Assembly (NCBI GenBank): GCA_965261735.1
Contig: OZ253470.1
Span: forward strand, 3,968,001 to 4,032,000
Reading direction: 5' to 3'
Length of the DNA: 64,000 bases
From: Alphaproteobacteria bacterium
Lineage (GTDB): Bacteria; Pseudomonadota; Alphaproteobacteria; SHVV01
Shown here: positions 19,951 to 29,188 of the stretch, one piece after another
Position numbering within the stretch: position 1 is the first letter of the stretch
Layout of the letters: each line of letters begins with the position of its first letter
Program-made: the position numbers and the translations under genes
Notes under the pieces: generated by a model
Told to the model about the DNA's origin: nothing
What the model saw: the letters and a program-made list of their open reading frames with translations, nothing else
Databases searched by the model: none

Positions 19951-21161
19951 ATGACCCAGGCTCCTACCGTGATGGCGGACGCGGCGCGGCCCGCGCAACG
20001 CAGCGTTGCTGCGCTCGGGATCGCCATCCTGCTCGGTGGCGTCGCGTGGCTTGGTGCCGAGAGCTGGCAGCGCGCGGCCCTGCTCGTCGTCGGCGGCCTT
20101 CTCGGCATCACTCTTTATCATACGGCCTTCGGCTTCACCGCCGCCTACCGCCGCGCGGTCCTCGAGCGCGACGTCTCGGGGGTGAGCGCGCCTCGAGCGC
20201 GACGTCTCGGGGGTGAGCGCGCAGCTGCTGATGCTCGCGGGCGCGATGCTGCTGTTCGCGCCCATCCTGGCGCAGGGGGCGGCGTTCGGGCACGGCGTCG
20301 TCGGGGCGGTGGCGCCCGTCGGCGTCCAAGTGGCGGTGGGGAGCTTCCTGTTCGGGCTCGGCATGCAGCTCGGCGGCGGCTGCGGCTGCGGCTCGGGGAC
20401 CCTCTATACGGTGGGTGGCGGCAGCCCACGCATGGTGGTGACGCTTCTTGCTTTCTGCGCCGGCGCGTTCTGGGGCAGCCTCGACATGGATTTCTGGGGC
20501 CAGACCCCGAGCCTGCCCAGCATTTCGCTGGCCGCGTCCTGGGGTTGGGAGGTAGCGCTGCCCGTTCAGCTCGGCGCGCTTGTCCTGATCTGGATCGCGC
20601 TGCGCGCCTACGCCCGCGGCGTGCCTGTGGGATGGCGGGCTCGGCTGGCGGCGGCTCGTGGCCGGGCCGTGGCCGCTGCTGTTCGGCGCGGCGATGCTGG
20701 CCGTCCTCAACTGGGTGACGCTACTCATCGCCGGGCACCCCTGGACCATTACCTGGGCGTTCAGCCTCTGGGGCGCGAAGGCGGCGGTGCTCGCGGGCTG
20801 GGACCCGGCTGGAAGCGCGTTCTGGACCGGCGGCTTCCAGCAGGCGGCGCTCGAGCGCGGCGTGCTCGAAGACATCACCTCCGTCATGGATATCGGCATC
20901 GTTCTCGGGGCCCTGACGGCCGTCGGCCTGGCCGGCCGCTTCGCGCCGGTCTTCAAGCTCCCGGGCCGCTCGCTCGCCGCCGCGGTCCTCGGCGGACTGT
21001 TCATGGGCTACGGCGCGCGGCTCGCGTTCGGCTGCAACATCGGTGCCTTCTTCAGCGGCGTCGCCTCGACCAGCCTGCACGGCTGGCTGTGGATCCTGTG
21101 CGCGGTGCCCGGCAATATTCTCGGCGCCCGGCTACGGCCGCTCTTCGGCCTCGCGCCCTAG
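19951..21161 (+). pseudogene. YeeE/YedE sulfur-compound transporter, two frameshifts
   Basis: FGFTAAYR, GMQLGGGC..GSGTL and GARLAFGCNIGAF motifs spread over three frames (ORFs 19951, 20213, 20658). Confidence 0.85.
20160..20221 (+). repeat. Exact 31-bp tandem duplication
   Basis: CCTCGAGCGCGACGTCTCGGGGGTGAGCGCG at 20160-20190 and 20191-20221. Confidence 0.95.
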
Positions 21162-22004
21162 GGGAGTTCGCGCACGAGCCGGAAGCCGATGAGAATGTGC
21201 TTGAGCGCCAGCGGGCGCCCATGCCGAGCCGCCGGCCGGTACACGCCGCAGCCCTTGTCGTCCCAGGAGCCACCCTTGACGATGCGGCGGCCCTGGCCCG
21301 CGGCTGTCGCTGTCCATTCGAAGACCTGGCCAGCCGCGTCGAGCATGCCAAACGGACTCGCGCCGCCGGGATAGCGGCCCACCGGGACCGTGTCGAAGGG
21401 TCCCAGGTCGTGGCTGTTCAGCAACCCGGGCTCGAAGCGCTCGCCCCAGGGAAAACGCCAACCCTCGCGTCCCCGCGCCGCCTTTTCCCACTCGTCCTCG
21501 CTGGGCAGGCGCCAGCGCGCGCCGGTCTCCGCGCTCAGCCACGCGGCGTAGGCCGTGGCGTCCTCGTAGGAGACGAGAACCACCGGATGATCGGCCCGCC
21601 CGGGTGGGGACCTGCCGTCGACCCAAGCGTGGCGGCGGGTCCGGACGTAGGGGTGGATGAGGCCATAGCCGGCCCAGGTCGCGGCGTCGACGCCGGGCGC
21701 CGGGTGCCCGGTCGCGGCCACGAACGCGGCGTAGGCGGCGTTGGTGATAAGCGTTGCCGTGATCGCGTAGGCGCTCGTTTCGCGCTCGCCGCGCGCGCGT
21801 TCACTCTCGTACCAGCGCCCCTCGCGGGTGCGGCGGTGGCCGTAGGCCGCCTCGTCGAGGCGGTAGGCGGCTTCGCGCTCGGCGCGATCCGACCGCGACG
21901 GTGGCAGGAATCCCGATATCTTGGCCGTTCGCTGCCGCCGCGGCGTTCCCGACCAGGATCGCGCCCAGCACCGCCGCGCGAGGCAAGACGAGCCGAATTT
22001 GCAT
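21158..22004 (-). pseudogene. Exported formylglycine-generating-enzyme (FGE-sulfatase / SUMF1) family protein, frameshift near 21895
   Basis: HPVVLVSYEDA, RLPSEDEWEKAARG, FGMLDAAGQVFEW, KGGSW, IGFR; the signal peptide is in another frame (ORF 21801..22004). Confidence 0.8.
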
Positions 22005-22189
22005 CAGCGCCTCTGCGACTTGCCCTCACGCCACCCCCGGAATAACCACGATACGTGCGAAGCCTCGTTCACTGCGCTACCTCACGACAAGTTGAAGGCA
22101 AGTGACTTCACCGGCGCCCAAATCTTTGCCACGTTGACCGCCAAAACCCGCGCTGAGCAGCGGTTCACCTGTGCAAAGGAATCACCCCC

Positions 22190-22546
22190 GTGAAAAGCAA
22201 GCTTCTGTCATCCACTTTCATCTCCTTGCTGTTTGGTGCCGGAATCGCGGCGGCAGGAGTCGCGATCACCGCCAGCCCCGGGTATGCGGCAGCCTCCCCG
22301 AGCCAGCACATGAGCGTGCTGCCTGCGGCGAAGGCGAGGTCGGGGAGCGTGCAAGTCGCCGCTTGTAATCCGTGCGCGAGCGCGAGCAAGTGTGCGGATG
22401 CGGCCATGAAGACGGCCTCGGCGTGCAATCCGTGTGCGGCCAAGAACCCGTGTTCGGCCAAGAAGGTGGCGGCTGCGTGCAACCCATGCGCGGCGAAGAA
22501 GGTGGCCGCAAATCCGTGCGCGGCCAAGAATGTCGCGTGCAACTAA
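22190..22546 (+). CDS. Secreted Cys-rich (C)NPC-repeat small protein
   Basis: AAGGA RBS, GTG start, hydrophobic signal, five NPC motifs and 10 Cys in the last ~60 aa. Confidence 0.8.
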   Translation: MKSKLLSSTFISLLFGAGIAAAGVAITASPGYAAASPSQHMSVLPAAKARSGSVQVAACNPCASASKCADAAMKTASACNPCAAKNPCSAKKVAAACNPCAAKKVAANPCAAKNVACN

Positions 22547-22572
22547 CATACTGATGTAAGGGAGGCGACGCC

Positions 22573-23634
22573 GTGAGGCTCCAGAAGTCCAAGCTCCTTT
22601 CCACCACCGTCATTCCGGCCCTCGTCGGTGCCGGCATCGCGGCCGGCGGCGCCATCGCTTTCGTGGCGCCTGGCTACGCTTCCGGGTCGAGCCAACAGAC
22701 CTCCGGCGCGTTGCCCGCGGCCAAGCCCAATCCCGGCATCATCCGGCTAGCGGCGTGCAACCCGTGCGCGACCGCCGCCGCGTGCAATCCGTGTGCGGCC
22801 AAGAAGAATCCTTGTGCGGCCGCTGCCGCGTGCAATCCGTGTGCGGCCGGCGCCACAGCATCCAAGTGTATGATCCCGCGCCTGCAAACGGCGGCACTGA
22901 GTGCGTGCAACCCGTGCGCGGCTAAGAAGAACCCGTGTGCGACCGCTGCCGCGTGCAACCCGTGCGCGGCCAAGAAGAACCCGTGTGCGACCGCTGCCGC
23001 GTGCAACCCGTGTGCGGCCAAGAAAAACCCCTGTGCGACCGCCGCCGCGTGCAACCCGTGCGCAGCCAAAAACCCCTGCGCCGCGGCGAAGGCGTGTAAT
23101 CCGTGCAATCCGTGTGCGGCCTCGGCCGGTGCCGAGATCACCGTGGCGGAAGCTGGGGCAGCCTATGACTGCCTGATCGATGAGATGGCCGGCGGCTATG
23201 ACAGGGCCTCGCTCAAGCTGGTCGCCAACTATCGGAGTTGGACCAACGTCGCTGCGGCGCCTTACCAGTCGGCCACACACGGCAGCCGCTACGTCAACAA
23301 CTATGCCAACGCGACCGGAGCGGCGAGCTACAAGAAGTTCGAGGATGTGGGCACGATGCCGGCCGGCTCGGTCCTCGCCAAGGACAGCTTCGTCGTCAAC
23401 GCCAATGGCACCACGGCGGCCGGCCCGCTTTTCGTCATGGAGAAGCGCAACGCCGGGTTCAACGCCGACTCTTTCGACTGGGCCTATACCATGATCAACC
23501 CGGACGGCACGGTCTTCGGTGTCACCAAGGGACAGGGCTCGGCCAACGTCGAGTTCTGTATCGAATGCCATGTGAGCATGGCCGACGACCAGGATTCGCT
23601 GTTCTTCCTGCCCGAGGAGTCCCGCGTTAACTAA
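22573..23634 (+). CDS. Secreted (C)NPC-repeat protein fused to a cytochrome P460-family domain
   Basis: GGGAGG RBS; signal; 14 NPC motifs; C-terminal domain with HG.RYVNNY.N, GSVLAKDSF, LFVMEK, DW.Y and CIECH near the C-terminus. Confidence 0.85.
   Translation: MRLQKSKLLSTTVIPALVGAGIAAGGAIAFVAPGYASGSSQQTSGALPAAKPNPGIIRLAACNPCATAAACNPCAAKKNPCAAAAACNPCAAGATASKCMIPRLQTAALSACNPCAAKKNPCATAAACNPCAAKKNPCATAAACNPCAAKKNPCATAAACNPCAAKNPCAAAKACNPCNPCAASAGAEITVAEAGAAYDCLIDEMAGGYDRASLKLVANYRSWTNVAAAPYQSATHGSRYVNNYANATGAASYKKFEDVGTMPAGSVLAKDSFVVNANGTTAAGPLFVMEKRNAGFNADSFDWAYTMINPDGTVFGVTKGQGSANVEFCIECHVSMADDQDSLFFLPEESRVN
22903..23046 (+). repeat. Three tandem 48-bp coding repeats (ACNPCAAKKNPCATAA)
   Basis: Near-identical units GCGTGCAACCCGTG(C/T)GCGGC(T/C)AAGAA(G/A)AACCC(G/C)TGTGCGACCGC(T/C)GCC; partial copies flank the array. 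Confidence 0.9.
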
Positions 23635-23823
23635 GTCGGTTCTCCGACCGGCCCCACAGGGCTGGCTACCGACACACAGCGCCGCGGGCCGAGTGATTGG
23701 CCCGCGGCGTTTGTTTTCGCCGGGCGACAAGAATGAGTTTCGCAGGCGCGGTCGCGGCCCTGGACGCCGGGCTACCAATCCCCTTGAATGGCGTCGCGGG
23801 ATGCCTGCGAGGACGGACGCACG

Positions 23824-24543
23824 ATGAACGATCTCAGTCGGCAGCCGCGCGATGCCCTGATGCGGATGGTCGCCGCCGGTGAGCGCATCCTCGAATGCTA
23901 CCGTGTCCTCAAGAAAACGCAGGACAACGTCGTCGGCGAACTGCTACGCGGCCAGGGCGAGTTCTTCGAGTGGGACCACTATCCCAAGGGGGATATCTAC
24001 GACCACGTAACCCACTCGCAGTACTACTACCACGCCCATCCCACCGAGCTGCGGGGCGGCGAGCACGGCCACTTCCACACCTTCCTCCGCCCCAAGGGTA
24101 TGCCGCCGGGGATCGCGCCCGCGCCATTGCCCGACCTGGAATTGCCTGAAGACGAAGACGACGCGCTGTCACATCTGATCGCGATTTCGATGAATCCGGC
24201 CGGCTACCCTATCCGCCTCTTCACCACCAATCGATGGGTAACGGGCGAGGTCTGGTACGTGGCCGACGATGTTATTCGCATGCTCGACGATTTTGCGATC
24301 GATCTCGCGCGGCCGTCGTGGCCGGCCAACCTTTGGGTGAGCGACATGCTGCGCCTGTTCCGCCCGCAGACAGAAGTGTTGATCAGGCGCCGCGACGACG
24401 CGGTCGCCGCCTGGCGGGAGGGGCACGCCGGCAGCGACGTCTACGAGGACCGCGACTTCGAGATCGCCTCGTCGACGTCGATCTCGGTTGAGGCGCAGAT
24501 GCGTCGGCTCAGAGAGGCGCTGAAGGCGAAGGACACGAGCTAG
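23824..24543 (+). CDS. His-motif protein, DUF6969-like
   Basis: WDHYP..D..D...HSQYYYHAH...EHGHFHTF, HLIAISM...G.P..LFTTNRWVTGE; family name recalled from memory. Confidence 0.7.
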   Translation: MNDLSRQPRDALMRMVAAGERILECYRVLKKTQDNVVGELLRGQGEFFEWDHYPKGDIYDHVTHSQYYYHAHPTELRGGEHGHFHTFLRPKGMPPGIAPAPLPDLELPEDEDDALSHLIAISMNPAGYPIRLFTTNRWVTGEVWYVADDVIRMLDDFAIDLARPSWPANLWVSDMLRLFRPQTEVLIRRRDDAVAAWREGHAGSDVYEDRDFEIASSTSISVEAQMRRLREALKAKDTS

Positions 24544-24557
24544 CCGCCGGTCGCGGA

Positions 24558-25430
24558 CTATTGTGCACCGCCGATCCCGTATTTGGGGATGATCGGGTCC
24601 TTGGTGCGGGCGACAATTCCCTGCGGGCGGAAGATCATCATCGCGACGACCAGAAGCCCCTCGACCATGAGGCGGTACTCGGGCGGCACCCCCGCGAATT
24701 GAAGTATCCACTGCAGCGAGTAGAGGATGCCGGCGCCGGCCACCGGGCCCCAGAAGGACTGGACGCCGCCGAGAATGGGGGCGAGGACGATGTCGATCGA
24801 GTTGTAGAACCCGAACTCGACGGGCGAGATGGTGCCGGCGCGGTGCGCGTAGAGAGCGCCCCCGATGCCGGTCAGGCCGCACCCCAGCACCCACGCCAGC
24901 ACCTTCATGCGGCGCACGTCGACGCCGCGGGTCGCCGCCGCCACCTCGTTGTCGCGCACCGTACGGAAGGCCAGGCCAAAGCGTGACCGATCGAGGCGGT
25001 AGACAAAGAAGATCGCGAGCGCCGCCACGACCAGAACCTGAGGCCACTCGGTCTCCATCGGAATGGTGCCGAAGCCACCGGCACCGCCGATGTAGTCGAT
25101 ATTGAGCCAGAGCGTGACGAGGGCCTCGCTCAGCGCGAAGGTGGCGATCCCGAGATAGATGCCGCGCAGCTTTAGGCCCAGCAGGGTGCCGACCAGTAAG
25201 CCGGTCACCGCGCCGACCAACCCACACAGCGGGATCGCGAGGTAGTAGGACAGCCCCCACTTGACCACCAGGATGGCCGAGCTGTAAGCGGCGATGCCTA
25301 GGAATGCGGCGTGCCCGAATGAGACCTGCCCGGACGTGAGGATGATGTAGACGCCGAGCGCCGGCAGCAGGTAGACGCCGTAGTCCGTGAGGATATCGAC
25401 GATCAGGTTGACCCACACGAACAGGGGCAC
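24558..25430 (-). CDS. Branched-chain amino acid-type ABC permease (LivM-like)
   Basis: GQVSFGHAAF.GIAAY, LRGIYLGIAT, RDNEVAA..GVD. Confidence 0.9.
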   Translation of the reverse strand: MPLFVWVNLIVDILTDYGVYLLPALGVYIILTSGQVSFGHAAFLGIAAYSSAILVVKWGLSYYLAIPLCGLVGAVTGLLVGTLLGLKLRGIYLGIATFALSEALVTLWLNIDYIGGAGGFGTIPMETEWPQVLVVAALAIFFVYRLDRSRFGLAFRTVRDNEVAAATRGVDVRRMKVLAWVLGCGLTGIGGALYAHRAGTISPVEFGFYNSIDIVLAPILGGVQSFWGPVAGAGILYSLQWILQFAGVPPEYRLMVEGLLVVAMMIFRPQGIVARTKDPIIPKYGIGGAQ

Positions 25431-25433
25431 GGC

Positions 25434-26318
25434 TCAGGCCTCCTCGCGCACCCGACCCTGCTCGCCGAACAGCCCCGAGGGGCGAACGAGCAGGATCAGC
25501 GTGAGACCGCCATAGGCGACGAAGTCGCGGTAGCTCGACTGGCCGAAACCGACGGCGAGCGCCTCGAGCACGCCGAGCACGATTCCCACAACCAGGCAGC
25601 CCATCATGTTGCCGAGCCCAGCGACGATGAGCACGACGATCGCCTTGAGGCCGAGCTGATTGCCGATAAAGGGCCAGGTCGATCCGTAGGTCGTCGCGTC
25701 GACGAGGCCGGCGAAGCCGCCGAGGGCCGAGGCGAACATGAAGGTGAGCACGGTCACGCGGGCAACGTCGATGCCCACGCACTTGGCCAGACTCGGGCTC
25801 TGGGCGACCACACGGATGGCCTTACCCATTTTCGTGTAGCGGACGAAATAGGCCATGGCCGCGACCACGCCGAGAGAGATGAAGAGCAGGAACACCTGCA
25901 GGTTGGAGACCTCGGCCGTACCGATGAGCGGGAAGAAGGAGACATCGAACGGGCGCGGAAAGAGGCGCGCGGTGGGATAAGCCAAGTTGGCGACGAAGTT
26001 GTCGAGAAACAGTGCCGCACCGAACGTGGCGACGGCAATGGTCCAGGGATTGCCCTTCATAGGCCGCACGGCGACTCGTTCGACAACAAGGCCGATGAGG
26101 GCCGAGCAGGCGATGCCGAAGAAGCATGCGAGCCAGAAGCTCCCGGTCCACCGGGCCAACAGCAGGAGGGCGCCATAGGAGGCGATCATGGCCACCGAGC
26201 CGTGCGCAAACGTGAAGATGTTGAGCACGCCGAAAATGAGGTTGTAGCCGAGCGCCAGGATGGCGTAGACGGCGCCGGCGCTGATGCCGGTGGCTATCTG
26301 CTCGATCAAGACGGGCAT
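25434..26318 (-). CDS. Branched-chain amino acid-type ABC permease (LivH-like)
   Basis: GAVYAILALGYNLIFGV..FAHG, TKMGKAIR, RPSGLFG. Confidence 0.9.
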   Translation of the reverse strand: MPVLIEQIATGISAGAVYAILALGYNLIFGVLNIFTFAHGSVAMIASYGALLLLARWTGSFWLACFFGIACSALIGLVVERVAVRPMKGNPWTIAVATFGAALFLDNFVANLAYPTARLFPRPFDVSFFPLIGTAEVSNLQVFLLFISLGVVAAMAYFVRYTKMGKAIRVVAQSPSLAKCVGIDVARVTVLTFMFASALGGFAGLVDATTYGSTWPFIGNQLGLKAIVVLIVAGLGNMMGCLVVGIVLGVLEALAVGFGQSSYRDFVAYGGLTLILLVRPSGLFGEQGRVREEA

Positions 26319-26366
26319 GTCTGCGCCGACCCTCGCTGCCCAGTTGCGGTCGGGGCCGCGGCTCCG

Positions 26367-27188
26367 CTAAGCCCCGAGGTAGACCCTGATCACATCGGGG
26401 TTGTCGCGGATATCCTGCGACGTCCCCTCGGCGATCTTTTCGCCGTGGTTCAACACCGCCACCCAATCCGAGATCCTCATGACCACCGACATCTTGTGCT
26501 CGATGAAGAGGATAGTCTTGTGGCGCGCCTTCAAGTCCTCGATCAACGCCAACATCTCACCGATCCAAACCGGATTCAGCCCCTGCGTCGGCTCATCCAT
26601 GAGGATCAGCGAGGGCTCGGTCACGAGGGCGTTGGCGATCTCGACCATGCGCTGTTCCCCGAGGGAGCATGTGTGCGGGTAGTCGAACCGGCGCGGATAG
26701 AGCCGCCCGCCGCCGACCTCGGCGAGGACCGCCTCGGCGCGCGCGCGCGCGCGCTGGCGCTCGCGGCGCTCGCGCGGCAGGCACAGGGCGGCCTCGAAGA
26801 CGCTCGTCGAGCTTCCGGCAAATTGCGACAACTCGACGTTCTCGAGAAGCGTCAACGTGGGAAACAGGCGGGTGCTCTGGAAGGTGCGCGCGATGCCGAG
26901 CCCGGCGATTTTGTGCGGAGGGAGATCGGTTATCGATCGACCCTTGAATCGCTTGTCGCCGCTGTCGGCCCGCAGCGTGCCCGAGATCACGTTGAACAGC
27001 GTGGTCTTGCCCGATCCGTTAGGACCGATCACACACATGACCTTGCCCTCGTGGAGCGCGAGGTCGACGCCGTTCAGCGCGACCAATCCGCCGAAGCGCT
27101 TGGTCAGGCCGCGGACCTCGAAGAAGGCGTCGCCCGTGGCGGCCGCTGACATCGGGCCCGCGCTCGGCGCCGGGCTCGCCGCGCTCAT
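26367..27188 (-). CDS. ABC ATP-binding protein (LivG-like)
   Basis: KRFGGL, GPNGSGKTT, GIARTFQ, LMDEPT, IEHKM, VYLG. Confidence 0.92.
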   Translation of the reverse strand: MSAASPAPSAGPMSAAATGDAFFEVRGLTKRFGGLVALNGVDLALHEGKVMCVIGPNGSGKTTLFNVISGTLRADSGDKRFKGRSITDLPPHKIAGLGIARTFQSTRLFPTLTLLENVELSQFAGSSTSVFEAALCLPRERRERQRARARAEAVLAEVGGGRLYPRRFDYPHTCSLGEQRMVEIANALVTEPSLILMDEPTQGLNPVWIGEMLALIEDLKARHKTILFIEHKMSVVMRISDWVAVLNHGEKIAEGTSQDIRDNPDVIRVYLGA

Positions 27189-27841
27189 TTTTTCTTCGCC
27201 TCCGGGTCCGGCCCCAAATCCGGAAACGGCAGCGGGAAGACGTGGTCGATCACCGCGTAGTCCATATAGCCCATGCGCGCGAGCGGGCGAAACTTGGACG
27301 CATCGACCATGCCGTCGGTCATGATGTCATCGTTGATGTGAACGCCGATGATCTTGCCGAGGACGAGGAAATAGGGATTGCTGACGTGGGTCGCCGGCTT
27401 ATTGGCGAGTAATTCCACCGTCTTGACATAGACGCCTTCGAGATGAATGGGCGAGGCCTTGACGCGTGGCGGCTTGACCAGGTGCGAGGGCGTCATCTCG
27501 AGCCCCGCGAGCCCGACCTCGCTGACGTCGCGTCCGACGTGAGTGGCCGTCACGCTCTGCTGCTCGCGCAACTCCCAGGTGACGAAGTTGGCGACGAATT
27601 CGCCCGTCTCCTCGAGGTTCTTTTGCGTATCGGTGACCCCGCCCTCGAGGTGCTGGCTGCCGGCGCCGAGCATGACCTGCGGCGGATCGAGGGCGACCCC
27701 GTTGAAGAAGCTGAAAGGCGCTAGGTTGATGACGCCGGCGCGGCTGATGGTCGTGATCCAGCCGATGGGCCGAGGCACGACGCAGCTCAGGAAGGGATCG
27801 TGAGGCAAGCCATGTTGGTTGCCTTCCGTTTCGTAGAACAT
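27185..27841 (-). CDS. Flavin reductase-like FMN-binding protein
   Basis: VVPRPIGWITT...NLAPFSFFN, GEFVAN, PPRV..SP..LE, LARMG..DY. Confidence 0.88.
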   Translation of the reverse strand: MFYETEGNQHGLPHDPFLSCVVPRPIGWITTISRAGVINLAPFSFFNGVALDPPQVMLGAGSQHLEGGVTDTQKNLEETGEFVANFVTWELREQQSVTATHVGRDVSEVGLAGLEMTPSHLVKPPRVKASPIHLEGVYVKTVELLANKPATHVSNPYFLVLGKIIGVHINDDIMTDGMVDASKFRPLARMGYMDYAVIDHVFPLPFPDLGPDPEAKKK

Positions 27842-27971
27842 GGCGGCAATCTCACTGTTCAAAGGGCGGAGCTGGCCGGCGCGGGTGCAGATCGCGCCGG
27901 CCAGTCCCGCGGCGGCTGCCGCGGGACCCTATGCCGTCAAGCGCCCGAGCGGTGCCTCGGGCGGTCGACCC

Positions 27972-29123
27972 CTACTTCCAGGGGAGGACCTTACCGTCGG
28001 TCCATATCATGAGCTGCGGCACCGCCCGCTTCACGTCACCGGGGCCGTTCCACTGCACCGTGCCGCTAATCGTATCCAACTTGACCTTGGAAAACGCGTC
28101 GCGGATCGACTCGCGCGTTAGCTCCTCCGCGGCGTTCATGACCTGAGCCAAGACCAGCACCGAGTCGTAAGCGCCCGTCATGTAGTTGTCGGGGAAATTG
28201 TCGGCCTCGCCAGAATACTCCCGCCACGTCTTGATCCATTCCTGGACCATCAGCCGCTCGTCCTCGGGCGACCACAGCCCAAACGTTAGGGTGCCCTCGG
28301 CCCTTCCCTCCGACAGCTTCCAGTAGTCCACGGCGTTGATGAAGTTGTCAGAGATAATACGGGCGTTGACGCCGCGCTCGCGGAGCTGCTTGACGAACGT
28401 CCCCGCATCGGTCGGTAGCGACGCGCTGATCGAGACGATGTCGGGATTGGCCGCCCGCAGCGCCACCACAATCGACGAGAAGTTGGTCTCCTTGCTCTTG
28501 TACGAATGCTCGGCGACGATCTTGACGCCCAAATCTTCCAGGCTCTTGCGGAAGATCCTGCCGTTCTGAACCGTCGAATCGTCGTCGTTGGAGTAGACGA
28601 TGGCCGCGGTCTTGAAGCCGAATCGTTCCTTCGCCTTCTTGTAGAGGACTGGCATCACGTCGGCCGCCATGGGCAGGTAACGGAAGCTCCAGCTGCCGAA
28701 GCTCGGTAGCGTCCAGTGGCCGCCCGAACCCGAGTTGAACACCGGGATCTTGTGCTCCTCGATGAGGTCGAAGGTGGCGAAGTGGGCCTTGGTCAGGTCG
28801 GGCCCGTGGAACACGATGACGTTGGGGTCCGAGGCGAGACGGCGAAACTCGGTGGCCCACCCGAGCACCTCGGGGTAAGGCACCGCGACCTTGTAGTACT
28901 CGACGGGCCGGCCGTGGATGCCCCCCATTTCGTTCACCTTCTTCACCGCGGGCACGATCGAGGTGTCCCATATCTTGGCGGCGTAATCGGCGAACGCACC
29001 CTCGAACGCGGTCCCGAAGGGGATCCGAATGGGCTCCCCGCTCTGCGCGTTAGCGGCACCCCCGGCGATTAGTAAGGGGAGTGCGAGTACTGCGGTAAGC
29101 ATGGCTAACCATTTACGACTCAT
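27972..29123 (-). CDS. Periplasmic substrate-binding protein (LivJ/K-like)
   Basis: GGGAGG RBS, signal MSRKWLAML..., VNEMGGIHGRPV, NFSSIV..LRAANPD, AYDSV. Confidence 0.88.
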   Translation of the reverse strand: MSRKWLAMLTAVLALPLLIAGGAANAQSGEPIRIPFGTAFEGAFADYAAKIWDTSIVPAVKKVNEMGGIHGRPVEYYKVAVPYPEVLGWATEFRRLASDPNVIVFHGPDLTKAHFATFDLIEEHKIPVFNSGSGGHWTLPSFGSWSFRYLPMAADVMPVLYKKAKERFGFKTAAIVYSNDDDSTVQNGRIFRKSLEDLGVKIVAEHSYKSKETNFSSIVVALRAANPDIVSISASLPTDAGTFVKQLRERGVNARIISDNFINAVDYWKLSEGRAEGTLTFGLWSPEDERLMVQEWIKTWREYSGEADNFPDNYMTGAYDSVLVLAQVMNAAEELTRESIRDAFSKVKLDTISGTVQWNGPGDVKRAVPQLMIWTDGKVLPWK

Positions 29124-29188
29124 GACGTCCTCCCTTGCTGGGTCTTTTTCCGATATCCGCGCTAGGCTACGGCGCGCAAGGTTGGCGC

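Noticed and set aside
22030-22190. ECF sigma promoter upstream of the NPC-repeat operon
   Set aside because: GGAATAACC...CGTT/CGAA elements are present but the spacing does not fit a consensus convincingly
22750-23120. CRISPR array
   Set aside because: The repeats are in-frame coding units without unique spacers, and there are no cas genes
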